NCBI GenBank assembly: GCA_963769025.1
Contig: CAVYKI010000009.1
Coordinates: forward strand, 160,001-224,000
Source of the DNA: an uncultured Verrucomicrobiae bacterium
GTDB taxonomy: Bacteria; Verrucomicrobiota; Verrucomicrobiia; Chthoniobacterales; Chthoniobacteraceae
Length of the DNA stretch: 64,000 nucleotides
Reading direction: 5' to 3'
Part shown: positions 31,846-40,955 of the stretch, one piece after another
How positions within the stretch are numbered: the first letter of the stretch is position 1
How the letters are laid out: each line of letters opens with the position of its first letter
Made by a program: the position numbers and the translations under genes
The notes under the pieces: model-generated
Databases searched by the model: none
What the model saw: the letters and a program-made list of their open reading frames with translations, nothing else
What the model was told of the DNA's origin: nothing

Positions 31846-32412
31846 ATGCGAACGGCCCTTTATGGCGGCAGCTTTGATCCGGTCCACCACGGGCATCTCA
31901 TCCTCGCGCGCGAGGCGATGGAGCAGCTTTCGCTCGACCGCGTCGTCTTCATCCCCGCGAGGCGCTCGCCCCACAAGCTCACGCGCACGCCGGCCTCGCC
32001 GCGGCTCCGCCTCGCCATGCTGAAGCTGGCGATCGCGGGCGAGCCGGGCTTTGAATGCGATTCGTCGGAGGTGGAAAGGAAGGGGCCGAGCTATTCCGTC
32101 GAGACCGTCGAGGCGTGGCGTGCGAAGGCTCCGGGCGACGAATTCTTCTATCTCATCGGCGAGGACAATGTGCGCGAACTGCACACCTGGCGGCGCTACG
32201 AGGAGCTGCGCGGCATGGTGCAGTTCGTCGTCTTCGGGCGCGACACCTCCGCGCATCCGCACGACTTCCCCTGCGTGAAACGCCGCGTGGATATTTCCGC
32301 CACCGAGGTGCGCAAGCGCGTTGCGGAAGGCCGCAGCATCCGCTATCTCGTCCCGGAGTCGGTGCACGAAATCATCGAATCGCACCATCTTTACCAAGGA
32401 GACACCCATTAA
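31846..32412 (+). CDS. nadD: Nicotinate-nucleotide adenylyltransferase
   Basis: GGSFDPVHHGH, SPHK, LIGED, ISATEVR. Confidence 0.95.
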   Translation: MRTALYGGSFDPVHHGHLILAREAMEQLSLDRVVFIPARRSPHKLTRTPASPRLRLAMLKLAIAGEPGFECDSSEVERKGPSYSVETVEAWRAKAPGDEFFYLIGEDNVRELHTWRRYEELRGMVQFVVFGRDTSAHPHDFPCVKRRVDISATEVRKRVAEGRSIRYLVPESVHEIIESHHLYQGDTH

Positions 32413-32749
32413 ATCAGACAAACTCGCCAAGCTCTGTGCCAGCATCGCCGCCGACAAAAAGGCGGAGAACATCGTCATTCTCGACCTGCGCAAGCTTTCC
32501 TCTTTCACCGATTTCTTCGTCATTTGCACCGGCGCCTCGGAGCCGCAGCTCAAGGCCATCGCGAACGAAATCGAGGACCGCATCAAGACCGATCACAAGC
32601 GCAGCCCGCTCAATACCGACGGCTTCCCGCTCAGCCAGTGGATCATCGCGGATTACGGCGACGTGGTCGTGCACATCTTCCATCCTTCGAAGCGCGAGGT
32701 GTATCGCCTCGAGGATTTGTGGAATGACGCGCCGCGGCTGAAGGTCTGA
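32408..32749 (+). CDS. rsfS: Ribosome silencing factor, with apparent ATT start
   Basis: DKKAENIVILDL, DFFVICTG, WIIADYGDVVVHIF, YRLEDLW; follows nadD; AAGGAG lies 6 nt before an in-frame ATT. Confidence 0.93.
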   Translation: MKSDKLAKLCASIAADKKAENIVILDLRKLSSFTDFFVICTGASEPQLKAIANEIEDRIKTDHKRSPLNTDGFPLSQWIIADYGDVVVHIFHPSKREVYRLEDLWNDAPRLKV

Positions 32750-32758
32750 CGCTCGCGG

Positions 32759-32944
32759 ATGAACTATATCGTCGAGACGGATGTGGTCTGCCCGTACTGC
32801 GGTGAGGAGTTTTCGATGGCGGTGGACACCTCGGAGGGCGAAGTGAGCACGATCGAGGACTGCACGGTCTGCTGCCGGCCGATCGCGCTGGTGTTTGAGT
32901 GCGCGCCGGGCGAAGTCATCTCGGTTGATTCCTCGCGCGCGTAA
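32759..32944 (+). CDS. CPXCG-motif cysteine-rich small protein
   Basis: CPYCGE ... IEDCTVCCRPI. Confidence 0.85.
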   Translation: MNYIVETDVVCPYCGEEFSMAVDTSEGEVSTIEDCTVCCRPIALVFECAPGEVISVDSSRA

Positions 32945-32967
32945 CGCCGGACTTTCGCGCGACGCGT

Positions 32968-33627
32968 TCAGCGCTCGCGCACTCCGGCGGGCGGGCAGAA
33001 GTTCAGCAGGCTGACCTCGGTGGCGGGCGTGTTTTCCACGGGGACCAGCACGGAGGTCACGCTGCCGTAGTCCATCCGGAAACAGCCGATCTTGGAAAAC
33101 GGAAGCTCCATGAGGATGGCGAGGATCGCGCGGACAATGCCGCCATGGCAAAAGACGGCGGCGTTCGCGTAGCCGGGCGTGGCGAGGATCCGCGCCACGC
33201 AGGGGCGCACGCGATCGAGAAGACCCGCGGCGGATTCGCCATTCGGCAGGCCGGGATGGTCGAGGACGTGCAGCCAGTTCATGGCGGTGATGCCGAGGCG
33301 TTCGCGAACCTGTTCCCAGCGGAGACCGGTGAGGTCGCCAAAGTCCACCTCGCGCAACCCGTCGAGGAACATCGGCTCGATCGGCTGGCGCTCGAGCAGC
33401 GGCGCCATGGTCTGCCGCACGCGGCGCATGGGGCTGGAAAAGATGGTGTCGATTCTCCTCCCGCCGAGCCAGTCGGCGAGCGCGGCGGCCTGCGCGTGGC
33501 CCGCGGGCGACAGCTCCATGTCCACCCGCGAACCCCCGAAGACGCCCTTCCATCCATCCTCGACTTCGCCATGGCGGATGAGGTGGAGGCGGACGGTGCG
33601 GAGCGGTTTCGTGTTCAAGCGGCGCAT
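32968..33627 (-). CDS. Histidine phosphatase (CobC/PhoE-like)
   Basis: LIRHGE, SSPMRR, LREVDFG, GES, CHGG. Confidence 0.88.
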   Translation of the reverse strand: MRRLNTKPLRTVRLHLIRHGEVEDGWKGVFGGSRVDMELSPAGHAQAAALADWLGGRRIDTIFSSPMRRVRQTMAPLLERQPIEPMFLDGLREVDFGDLTGLRWEQVRERLGITAMNWLHVLDHPGLPNGESAAGLLDRVRPCVARILATPGYANAAVFCHGGIVRAILAILMELPFSKIGCFRMDYGSVTSVLVPVENTPATEVSLLNFCPPAGVRER

Positions 33628-33811
33628 TTGATGAGCGAGCAGGCGAGCGCCTGTCCAGCACGGCGTCGGATGTTGCGCGACTCACGCTGCACAGAGTTTC
33701 ACATCGGAGATCGGACGCCTCCGCGGAAAGCGAGGCGCAGTTGCCATTCGCGCCGGCTTTCGTGCTATCTGTCCCTCCTTCCTGTTTCAGCTTCTCCACC
33801 TCGCATCGCGT

Positions 33812-34519
33812 ATGACTCCATTCACCCCGGCCTCCGGCTCCGACTCCATCAGGCTGGTGAAGAGCTTCCATGAACTGCTCACGACGCCGTTTCGCGACGG
33901 CGTGAATGCCCTCTGCTGGGAGCGCGCGCTGGCGGGCGATTTTGCCGAAGTGGTCCGGCAGCTCGGCGCGGGCGAGGGGATCGTCGCGCTCGATGAGGCG
34001 CGCCTCCGCAGTCTCCCGGTGAGCGTGGCGGGAAAGGCGGCCATCGGCATCCTCCTCGAAGACCAGCGGCTGCTCCGCGAGCGGGAACTCGACCCCGTCC
34101 TCAACTGCATCCACGCCTATCCGCGCGACGACGAGGGACCCGTGCCCACCGACGTCTTTTCCTTCCACGTGGACAGCGCCCCGGTGGAGGCGGACACGTG
34201 GCTCTGCACCTACCACGGCCCGCCGAGCGAAGGCCTGCGCAACCACGAGGCGCAGCGCCGCGTGGACATGCCCGCCACCCGCGCCGAACTGCTCCGCCGT
34301 TTCGGCGGAAAGGATGACGCCGCCTTTCTCGAATACCTCGGCGAGAATTGCTACGACCTCCACTACGCGCCGCTTCCGGACGCGCGGCCCTATTCCTTTG
34401 GCATCGGACACCTCTGGCGCATCGCCACGGAATGGCCCGGCAGTCCCGTCCCGCCCTGCATCCACCGCGCCCCCGCGACCGGCCCCGGTGACCCGCCGCG
34501 GCTGCTGCTCATCAGCTAG
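33812..34519 (+). CDS. DUF1826-like protein
   Basis: NALCWER, SFHVDS, LCTYHG, CIHRAP, RLLLI pattern. Confidence 0.65.
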   Translation: MTPFTPASGSDSIRLVKSFHELLTTPFRDGVNALCWERALAGDFAEVVRQLGAGEGIVALDEARLRSLPVSVAGKAAIGILLEDQRLLRERELDPVLNCIHAYPRDDEGPVPTDVFSFHVDSAPVEADTWLCTYHGPPSEGLRNHEAQRRVDMPATRAELLRRFGGKDDAAFLEYLGENCYDLHYAPLPDARPYSFGIGHLWRIATEWPGSPVPPCIHRAPATGPGDPPRLLLIS

Positions 34520-34596
34520 CAACGCGGACGCAAGGGGGAGTGGACGGCAGCGGTTTCCGTCTACAGAGCGATTTCAAAAAGCCTCGTCCTGAGAGC

Positions 34597-34670
34597 GCTT
34601 AGGAAGGCGGAAAGGCAGGAAGCCACTTTTGGGAACTTCGGGATTTTCCTGCCTTCCCGCCTTCCCAAGC
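34597..34670. repeat. Long inverted repeat between convergent genes (REP-like or bidirectional terminator)
   Basis: GCTTAGGAAGGCGGAAAGGCAGGAA ... TTCCTGCCTTCCCGCCTTCCCAAGC; 25-bp arms with 2 mismatches. Confidence 0.75.
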
Positions 34671-34689
34671 GGCCTTTTCAACATTCCTC

Positions 34690-35934
34690 TCAATGCCTGC
34701 GCCCGCGCCTTTCCGCATACATGGTCAAGGCCACCGCGATGGAGGAGCCGATCACCGCGAGGCCCATGTCCCATTGCGCATCCCACACGTCGCCCTGCGT
34801 GCCGAGGTAGGCCTGTCCGAGTTCCGGATGCACGAGCTGCGCGACGATCGCCTCGATCACTTCAAAAAACCCGCTCCACGCCACGATCACCATCGCCGGG
34901 AGAAACCCCGCCCAGAACGTCCGCAGCCGATCCATGCGCGTGATATCGCGCAGCGGATACGTGATCAGCAGTCCCCACGATAAGTGCACGATGCGGTCAA
35001 AGTGATTCCGCTCCATGCCGAGGACGTCCTTCAGCCAGTAGCCCAGCGGCACTTCCGAATAGGTGTAGTGCGCCCCGGCGGCGTGCATCAGCAGGAAGAC
35101 CAGGATGAGCCCGTAGGAGACATCCGACATGGGACGCTTCCGGTAGGTCAGCACCAGGAAGGGCAGCCATGCGAAGACGAGGAGATTTTCCAGCAGCCAG
35201 TCCGCACGCGACACCGGCCCGATCGCCGCGATCACCCACGCGACCGCGTAGACCACGCACATCGCATGGAGCAGCCGCCGCTGGCGGAAAGGCCGCGCCT
35301 GTCCTGCGGGCGGAGGAGCGGCCGGCGCAGTGCCGCGCTCGCGCCACCATGCCACCAGCAGCGTGAAGCCCGCGCCCACGGTCGCCATCAGCATGTCCTG
35401 CTGCGCGTCCCATTCGTCGCCCTGCGCGCCGAGCCAGTCCGGGCCGGTGCCCGCGCTCACGGTTTCCGCCACGATGGATTCCACGACCTCGAACACCGAG
35501 CTGGCCGCCATCACCAGCGCCCACGCCAGCCACCCTGCCGCCTTGCGGCTCACGCCCGCCCCGCGCAGCAGCATCTCGCGCATCGGATACACCAGCAGCA
35601 GCCCGAACGCGCAGTGGATCACCCGGTCGAAATAGTTCCGCCGGAGGTCAAACGCCGCCTTCGCCCAGTCGCCCGCCGGGGTGTGCGCATAGCCATACCG
35701 CGCGCCGTACGCGTGCAGCCCGAGGAAAATCGCGATGAACAGATACGAGGCGTTGGAAAATGGAAACCGCCGGTGCGTCGCCACGAGGATGGCGACTGCG
35801 GCGACCACCAGCAGGTTCTCGAGCGCCCACGTCGGCCAGTCGCGCACCCCGATTGCCATCACTGCCCAAAGCGCCCCATAGATGCCGAGCAGCCAGAGCG
35901 GAAAGCGATTTGCAGCCGGGGGAGCAGTGGCCAT
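34690..35934 (-). CDS. Membrane protein with two tandem DUF2238 (YjdF-like) domains
   Basis: Each half has W.LEN, H..GA.Y.Y...P.G, RN.FDR..H, FEV.E, LG.QGD.WDAQ.DM. Confidence 0.85.
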   Translation of the reverse strand: MATAPPAANRFPLWLLGIYGALWAVMAIGVRDWPTWALENLLVVAAVAILVATHRRFPFSNASYLFIAIFLGLHAYGARYGYAHTPAGDWAKAAFDLRRNYFDRVIHCAFGLLLVYPMREMLLRGAGVSRKAAGWLAWALVMAASSVFEVVESIVAETVSAGTGPDWLGAQGDEWDAQQDMLMATVGAGFTLLVAWWRERGTAPAAPPPAGQARPFRQRRLLHAMCVVYAVAWVIAAIGPVSRADWLLENLLVFAWLPFLVLTYRKRPMSDVSYGLILVFLLMHAAGAHYTYSEVPLGYWLKDVLGMERNHFDRIVHLSWGLLITYPLRDITRMDRLRTFWAGFLPAMVIVAWSGFFEVIEAIVAQLVHPELGQAYLGTQGDVWDAQWDMGLAVIGSSIAVALTMYAERRGRRH

Positions 35935-36210
35935 CGGGCCGGGACTATGCGCCCGCACGTGGGAGACAGAGAAGCGAATTTGTCCCCCGGCATCCGCTTC
36001 GGGAAAAATGTCATCCGCGTTTCGGCCCGCGGGATCGTCCCGTTCCCATGCGGACCGTCGGCGCGGGCGCATTGCTCGGCGAGGAATCCCGGAACCGGGG
36101 CGCCGCGATTCCGACACTCCCGGGAAGTCAGTCGTTTTCGGCCACTCGAGGGCTATGCGGCTTTCGGGTTGATCCGCGCCATTCGCGTTGGCAGATGCTT
36201 TTGCAATCCC

Positions 36211-37784
36211 ATGAACCTCCGTCCCCCTTCATTGCTGATCGTTCTCGCGGCTTGCGGTTTTTGCCTGGGCCTTGTGCCTGCGCGGGCAGGGGAGCGGGTG
36301 CTGTTTGCGTTCGATGACCACGGCATCCCGTGGCAGCACAATCTGAAGGTGACGCTGGTGCCGGCGACGAAGCATCCGGGGAATCCGGTGCTGCGACGCG
36401 GGGCGGAGGGGACGCCGGATCAGGGGCATGCGATTCTGTACGGCACGGTGATCAAGGTCGGGGACACTTTCCGGATGTGGTATCTGGGGATGTTCGAGGC
36501 GGAGATCGTGAAAGGGCCAGGCACCGGGGATGTGGCGGCCGATGTGTTATGCGGAGAGCAAGGATGGCATCCACTGGACGAAGCCGGAGCTCGGGCTGGT
36601 GGAGTTCCGCGGCAGCAGGAAGAACAACATCTGCCTGATCGAGGGCGAGCCGTTCTCGCTGACGCGGGTGAATGACTTCCTCTCGGTGCTGCATGAGCCG
36701 GAGGATCCGGATCCGGCGCGGCGCTTCAAGGTGGCCTACATCGCGCACGTGCCGGTGACCGAAATCCCCGGCGGGATGAGCAAGCTGGGCACGAAGGAAC
36801 GGCTCATCTGCTCGACGATTTGCGCGACGAGCGCGGATGGGCTGACGTGGAAGGTGGACGGGGATCGTCCGGCGAATGCGGGCGGGGAACGCTTTGAGGT
36901 GAGCGCGCTGTACCGCTTCGGTGACTTCTACTACACGACGGGGCAGCTCCTCTCGCCGTGGTCGTGGCTCGCGGATGGGAGCAAGGCGGGGCGCGTGATG
37001 CTGGCTTACCGGTCGCCGGATTTCAAAACGTGGTCGCAGGCGAAGGCGTTCGCATTTGCGCGGCCGGGGCAGCTCGCGAACCCGCCGGTGAAGGGTCAGC
37101 AGACGCACATGGGCGCGGGGATGTGGAATCGCGGCAACGTGCTCGTGGGGCTGTACGGCATGTGGCAGGACGCGGCGGAGCCGCCGGCGAAAGGGGAGTC
37201 CTTCAACAAGGGCGTGCATGTGGATCTGGGGCTGATCGTGAGCAACGACGGCATCCATTTCCGCGAGCCGGTGCCGGGATTCAAGGTGATCGAGCGCGGA
37301 CCGGAAGGGGCGTGGGATGACACGGCGCTGCTGCAGGGGCATGCCTTCGTGAACGAAGGGGACAGGACGATGATCTGGTATTCGCACTGGGACACGGGCG
37401 GGAAGATGAAGACGATGGAGATCGGGCTGGCCACGCTGCGGCGCGACGGCTTCGGCTATCTGTCGGCGATGAAGGAGGACAATGACGCGCATTTCGTGAC
37501 CGCGCCGCTCACGGCCGGCGAAGGGCGGCAGGCTGTGGATCAATGTCGATGGCATCACGCCCGAGGCGCCGCTCACGGTGGAACTGCTCGACGGGCGGGA
37601 CCAGCCGCTGGCGGGTTATTCCGGGGCGGACGCGGCGAAGGTCTCGGTGAGCGGAATCCGGCAGGAGATCGTGTGGCCGGGGACCGGGACGGCGTCGGTG
37701 CCGGCGGAGCAACCGATCGAGATCCGGGTGAAGCTGCCGGCAAACAGCAAGGCGCGGGTGTTTGCGATATATCTCGAGGATTAG
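36211..37784 (+). CDS. Secreted hypothetical protein, glycoside-hydrolase-like beta-propeller (frameshifts near 36515 and 37525)
   Basis: Signal peptide; KHPGNPVL, FRMWY, CYAESKDGIHWTKPELG, SADGLTW, SNDGIHF, IGLATLRRDGF spread across three frames. Confidence 0.65.
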
Positions 37785-37864
37785 CGTGGAAGGGACGGCC
37801 GGAGCGTTCTTAGATCCCGCGAACTTGAGACAGCCGGGCTGTCGCAGGAGCCGATTCAGTCGAT

Positions 37865-38185
37865 ATGAATACACATCCTTTTTCGCGGAAAGTCCTGATG
37901 ACCGCCGCTGTGGCGGGCCTTGCCGCGCCGTCGTCCTGCCTGCCGCCTCCGCCGCCCGGACCTCCGGGAAGCAGGGCGGTCGTTCATGGGCCTGGGTTCT
38001 ATCACAGGCTGCCGCCCCGCTATGCTGGCGAATACTATTTGCACGGGGGGCGCTATTACTACGGCGGGCGGCATGAGCTGGGGCGTTTCCGTTACGAAGG
38101 CCGCTACTATCCGAGCCGCTACTCGCACGGCGGGAGGTACTACTACGGAGGACTTTTCTCCCCGCCGCCGCCCCCGCGTCCGTAG
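37865..38185 (+). CDS. Small Gly/Tyr/Arg/Pro-rich putative lipoprotein
   Basis: Signal peptide ending in SSC; HGGRYYYGG twice; poly-Pro at both ends. Confidence 0.6.
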   Translation: MNTHPFSRKVLMTAAVAGLAAPSSCLPPPPPGPPGSRAVVHGPGFYHRLPPRYAGEYYLHGGRYYYGGRHELGRFRYEGRYYPSRYSHGGRYYYGGLFSPPPPPRP

Positions 38186-38382
38186 TGGGAAAGGCCGTGC
38201 GGGAGACGAGTTGGGGGACTTTCGTATTTGCCGGTGGCGATTCGAAGAGGCGCGCCCGGCGGACACCTTCCCACCCGGCGGGGAAGTGGGCGCGGGGCGG
38301 GAGATGAGGCGATCTGCGGCACAGGATTTGCATTACAAGGGCCCGCAACAATGTCTATCAGCCCAAGCCCGCAAGCCAACTC

Positions 38383-40266
38383 GTGGTGAACCCATCCATC
38401 CAACCGGTGGCTGGCTCGGAATCAGGCTTTCCGGATGATGCCTGCGAGCTGTTCCGCGCCATTGCGGATGCGGGGGAGGAAGCTATCCCGAAGCCGGCGG
38501 CTGTCCCTGTAACGCGCACGGGACGGGCGTTGTTGATCGAGGCGAATCCGTTTTTCCGCGAGACGATCAAGGAGGCGCTGGTAGAGCACGGCTACACCGT
38601 CATCGCTGTGTCGGACTGCCAGGAGGCGTTGAGGGAATTGATGATCGGCGATTTCACGCTGGTGCTTTACGATCCGACGGTGCCGGGCATGCGGGGAGAC
38701 ATGTTCTACAGCGCCGCGGAACGGATCGATCCTGAGGTTTGCGAGCACTTCGTGTTCATGTGCGGCAGCCGCGTGGATGCGAATACTCAGGAATTCATCA
38801 GGAGCATCAACGGGCTCATGGTGAGAAAGCCCTTTGAGGTGGATGATCTGCTGGCTGCGCTGGTTCGGATCGGGCCGCACGACGCGTCGCAAAGTGCTCG
38901 TCGCACCGGGCGGATGAACCCGGCTCTTGCCGGTGTTTTCCGGCCGGAAGAGGATCAGCCGGTGGAGAACCTCCCAGCCGAAAATGCCGCCGGCATCCTT
39001 GTGCGACCTCAGGCCGATCTTTCTGATGATGGTTTCGCGGCTTCGTTCGAGGAATCGGACGCGGCGAGGGAAATCCAGCCGGATCTGGAGACTGCTGCCA
39101 CGCTGCAACGGGGGCGGCTCTTGTTGCTCGAGGCCGAGCCTTCCCAGCGGGAAAATCTCGCCGGGTGCCTGGTCAGGAATGGCTATACGGTCGTGGCGGT
39201 CCGCGACGCGGCGGAAGCCCTCCGGGAACTGCTGAGCGGCGATTTCGCGCTCGTTCTTTACGATCCCCGGATGGCCGGGATGTCGGCGGCGAAATTTTTC
39301 CATTCGCTCAAGCGGATCGAACCGGACCTCTGTGAACGCTTCCTGTTCATGATCGATGAGGGCCTTTCCCGGAGCACGAATCACTTCATCCGCAAGGTCG
39401 ATGGGTTCGTCCTCCGGAAGCCGTTTGAGCCGATGGATCTTCTCGATGCGCTCTTCTCGGCCGAGACCCGTGGCTCATTTCAGGACACCATCGGACGTGC
39501 CTCCGCCGATCCGATCCTTTCGCAACTGTCGCCGCACTTGGAGGATTTTCCGGAGGAGGAGAACCATGCCCCGCAGCCGTCCGGCGTTGTGGAAAAAGAG
39601 CCGGCGAACGGCCAGGCAGTCGTCGCACCGCTCCTGTTCCGCCGGATCGAGGCGCAGGAGGAAAGTGAGGCGCCGGCCGGCGCGGGCGGATTCATGCGGG
39701 CGCTTGCGCTTGCGGCGCTCATTCTCATCGTCGCCATGGTGACCGGGCTGTGGACGCGGCATGCGGATGCGCGGGATCGGTTCGAGGCCGCGTCGGCGAG
39801 GCGTTCCGCGCTGGTCACGGAATGGACGGCCATTTCGCGGAACCTGGAGGAAGCCATCTCCCTGCGCGCGAATCTCGATCTTCCCGAGATGCTCTGGAAG
39901 CGAATCTCGGCATTCCAAACGCAGGAGCGGTGGACGCCTGTCCTTTCCTCCCTCATCCCGAACGACTCCATGATCGAGCCTCTCGAGATCGAGGCGCGCG
40001 GAGAGACGGAAAATTCGGGCGCGTGGGAAGTGCGCATCCACGGCCTGGCCGGCGGGCCTTCGCCGAAGGAGACTGTCGATCGGTTCCGGATGGAGCTGGA
40101 GAAAGCGCTGAGAAGGAAGGCGAACGGACGCACCGTGAGCACGCGGTTTGAACAGATCGGGAACAAGGACGCGAAGCCTCCGGCGGGGGAGCGACATCGG
40201 TTTACGCTGATCGCCACGCTCGGCCTGCCCGAGTCGTCCGTGGCTGCAGCGAAGGAGGAACGCTGA
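38383..40266 (+). CDS. Two atypical receiver domains, TM helix and PilN-like C-terminal domain
   Basis: Two copies of LL.E...GYTV.AV.D..EAL.EL..GDF.LVLYD...G....RKPF; hydrophobic ALALAALILIVAMVTGLW; coiled coil, WTPVLSSL, VRIHGLA, FTLIATL. Confidence 0.7.
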   Translation: MVNPSIQPVAGSESGFPDDACELFRAIADAGEEAIPKPAAVPVTRTGRALLIEANPFFRETIKEALVEHGYTVIAVSDCQEALRELMIGDFTLVLYDPTVPGMRGDMFYSAAERIDPEVCEHFVFMCGSRVDANTQEFIRSINGLMVRKPFEVDDLLAALVRIGPHDASQSARRTGRMNPALAGVFRPEEDQPVENLPAENAAGILVRPQADLSDDGFAASFEESDAAREIQPDLETAATLQRGRLLLLEAEPSQRENLAGCLVRNGYTVVAVRDAAEALRELLSGDFALVLYDPRMAGMSAAKFFHSLKRIEPDLCERFLFMIDEGLSRSTNHFIRKVDGFVLRKPFEPMDLLDALFSAETRGSFQDTIGRASADPILSQLSPHLEDFPEEENHAPQPSGVVEKEPANGQAVVAPLLFRRIEAQEESEAPAGAGGFMRALALAALILIVAMVTGLWTRHADARDRFEAASARRSALVTEWTAISRNLEEAISLRANLDLPEMLWKRISAFQTQERWTPVLSSLIPNDSMIEPLEIEARGETENSGAWEVRIHGLAGGPSPKETVDRFRMELEKALRRKANGRTVSTRFEQIGNKDAKPPAGERHRFTLIATLGLPESSVAAAKEER

Positions 40267-40268
40267 AT

Positions 40269-40844
40269 ATGGGAACCACGAAGAGCTGGATGTTGTTTCG
40301 CGGGCTCGCAGCCTGCGGCCTCGCGCTGATGGCCGGGCGGGAATTTTACAAGCGGTCGATCGTTTCGTTGCGGGAGCAGGAACAGGAGGTTCTCCGGGAC
40401 ATTGGGGATCTGCCTGAGCGCGTCGAGAGCGCCAAAGGGAAGCTTGCGGAGATTCATGCGCAGGGAAGACAGGAAGGGGCTGCCGCGAACGAAACGGAAC
40501 TGGATGGACTTCCGCAAGGCCTGATGCCGACTGCCGTGCCGGCGCTTGTGAGCGGGCACTTCGCGAAGTTCGGACTCGCTGCGCCGACGATCGTGAATAC
40601 TGCAACGGCGGAGGCCCCCGGGGTTCCACACTACGAGATCAGTTCCTGGCGGCTGACCGTGCCGGTCGCGAAGGACGTCCAGAATTTCGCGTCGCTGCTG
40701 CGTGCGGCGGAGGCCCTCGGTCCGGGAGGTTCGGACATTCAGGTCCGCGATTTTGTCCTCTGGCCTGACCCGGAGGATTCCGCGCGGCAACGCGCGACGA
40801 TCCGTTTTGACGTCCTCGCGAAGCGAACGGAAGCCGCCCGGTAA
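40269..40844 (+). CDS. Hypothetical protein with PilO/GspM-like architecture
   Basis: N-terminal TM, coiled coil and short alpha/beta domain; starts 2 bp after the PilN-like gene. Confidence 0.5.
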   Translation: MGTTKSWMLFRGLAACGLALMAGREFYKRSIVSLREQEQEVLRDIGDLPERVESAKGKLAEIHAQGRQEGAAANETELDGLPQGLMPTAVPALVSGHFAKFGLAAPTIVNTATAEAPGVPHYEISSWRLTVPVAKDVQNFASLLRAAEALGPGGSDIQVRDFVLWPDPEDSARQRATIRFDVLAKRTEAAR

Positions 40845-40849
40845 TCTAC

Positions 40850-40910
40850 GGGCACGGCGGGGGTGATGGGCCCGGAAGGGAGCGTTCGTCCGTCCCTTCG
40901 CCCCGTGCCC
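40850..40910. terminator. Hairpin between convergent genes
   Basis: GGGCACGG...GAAGGGA-loop-TCCCTTC...CCGTGCCC. Confidence 0.4.
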
Positions 40911-40955
40911 TCGAAGCACGGCGGAGCGATGCGTTCCGCCTTTTGGAAAGCCGCG

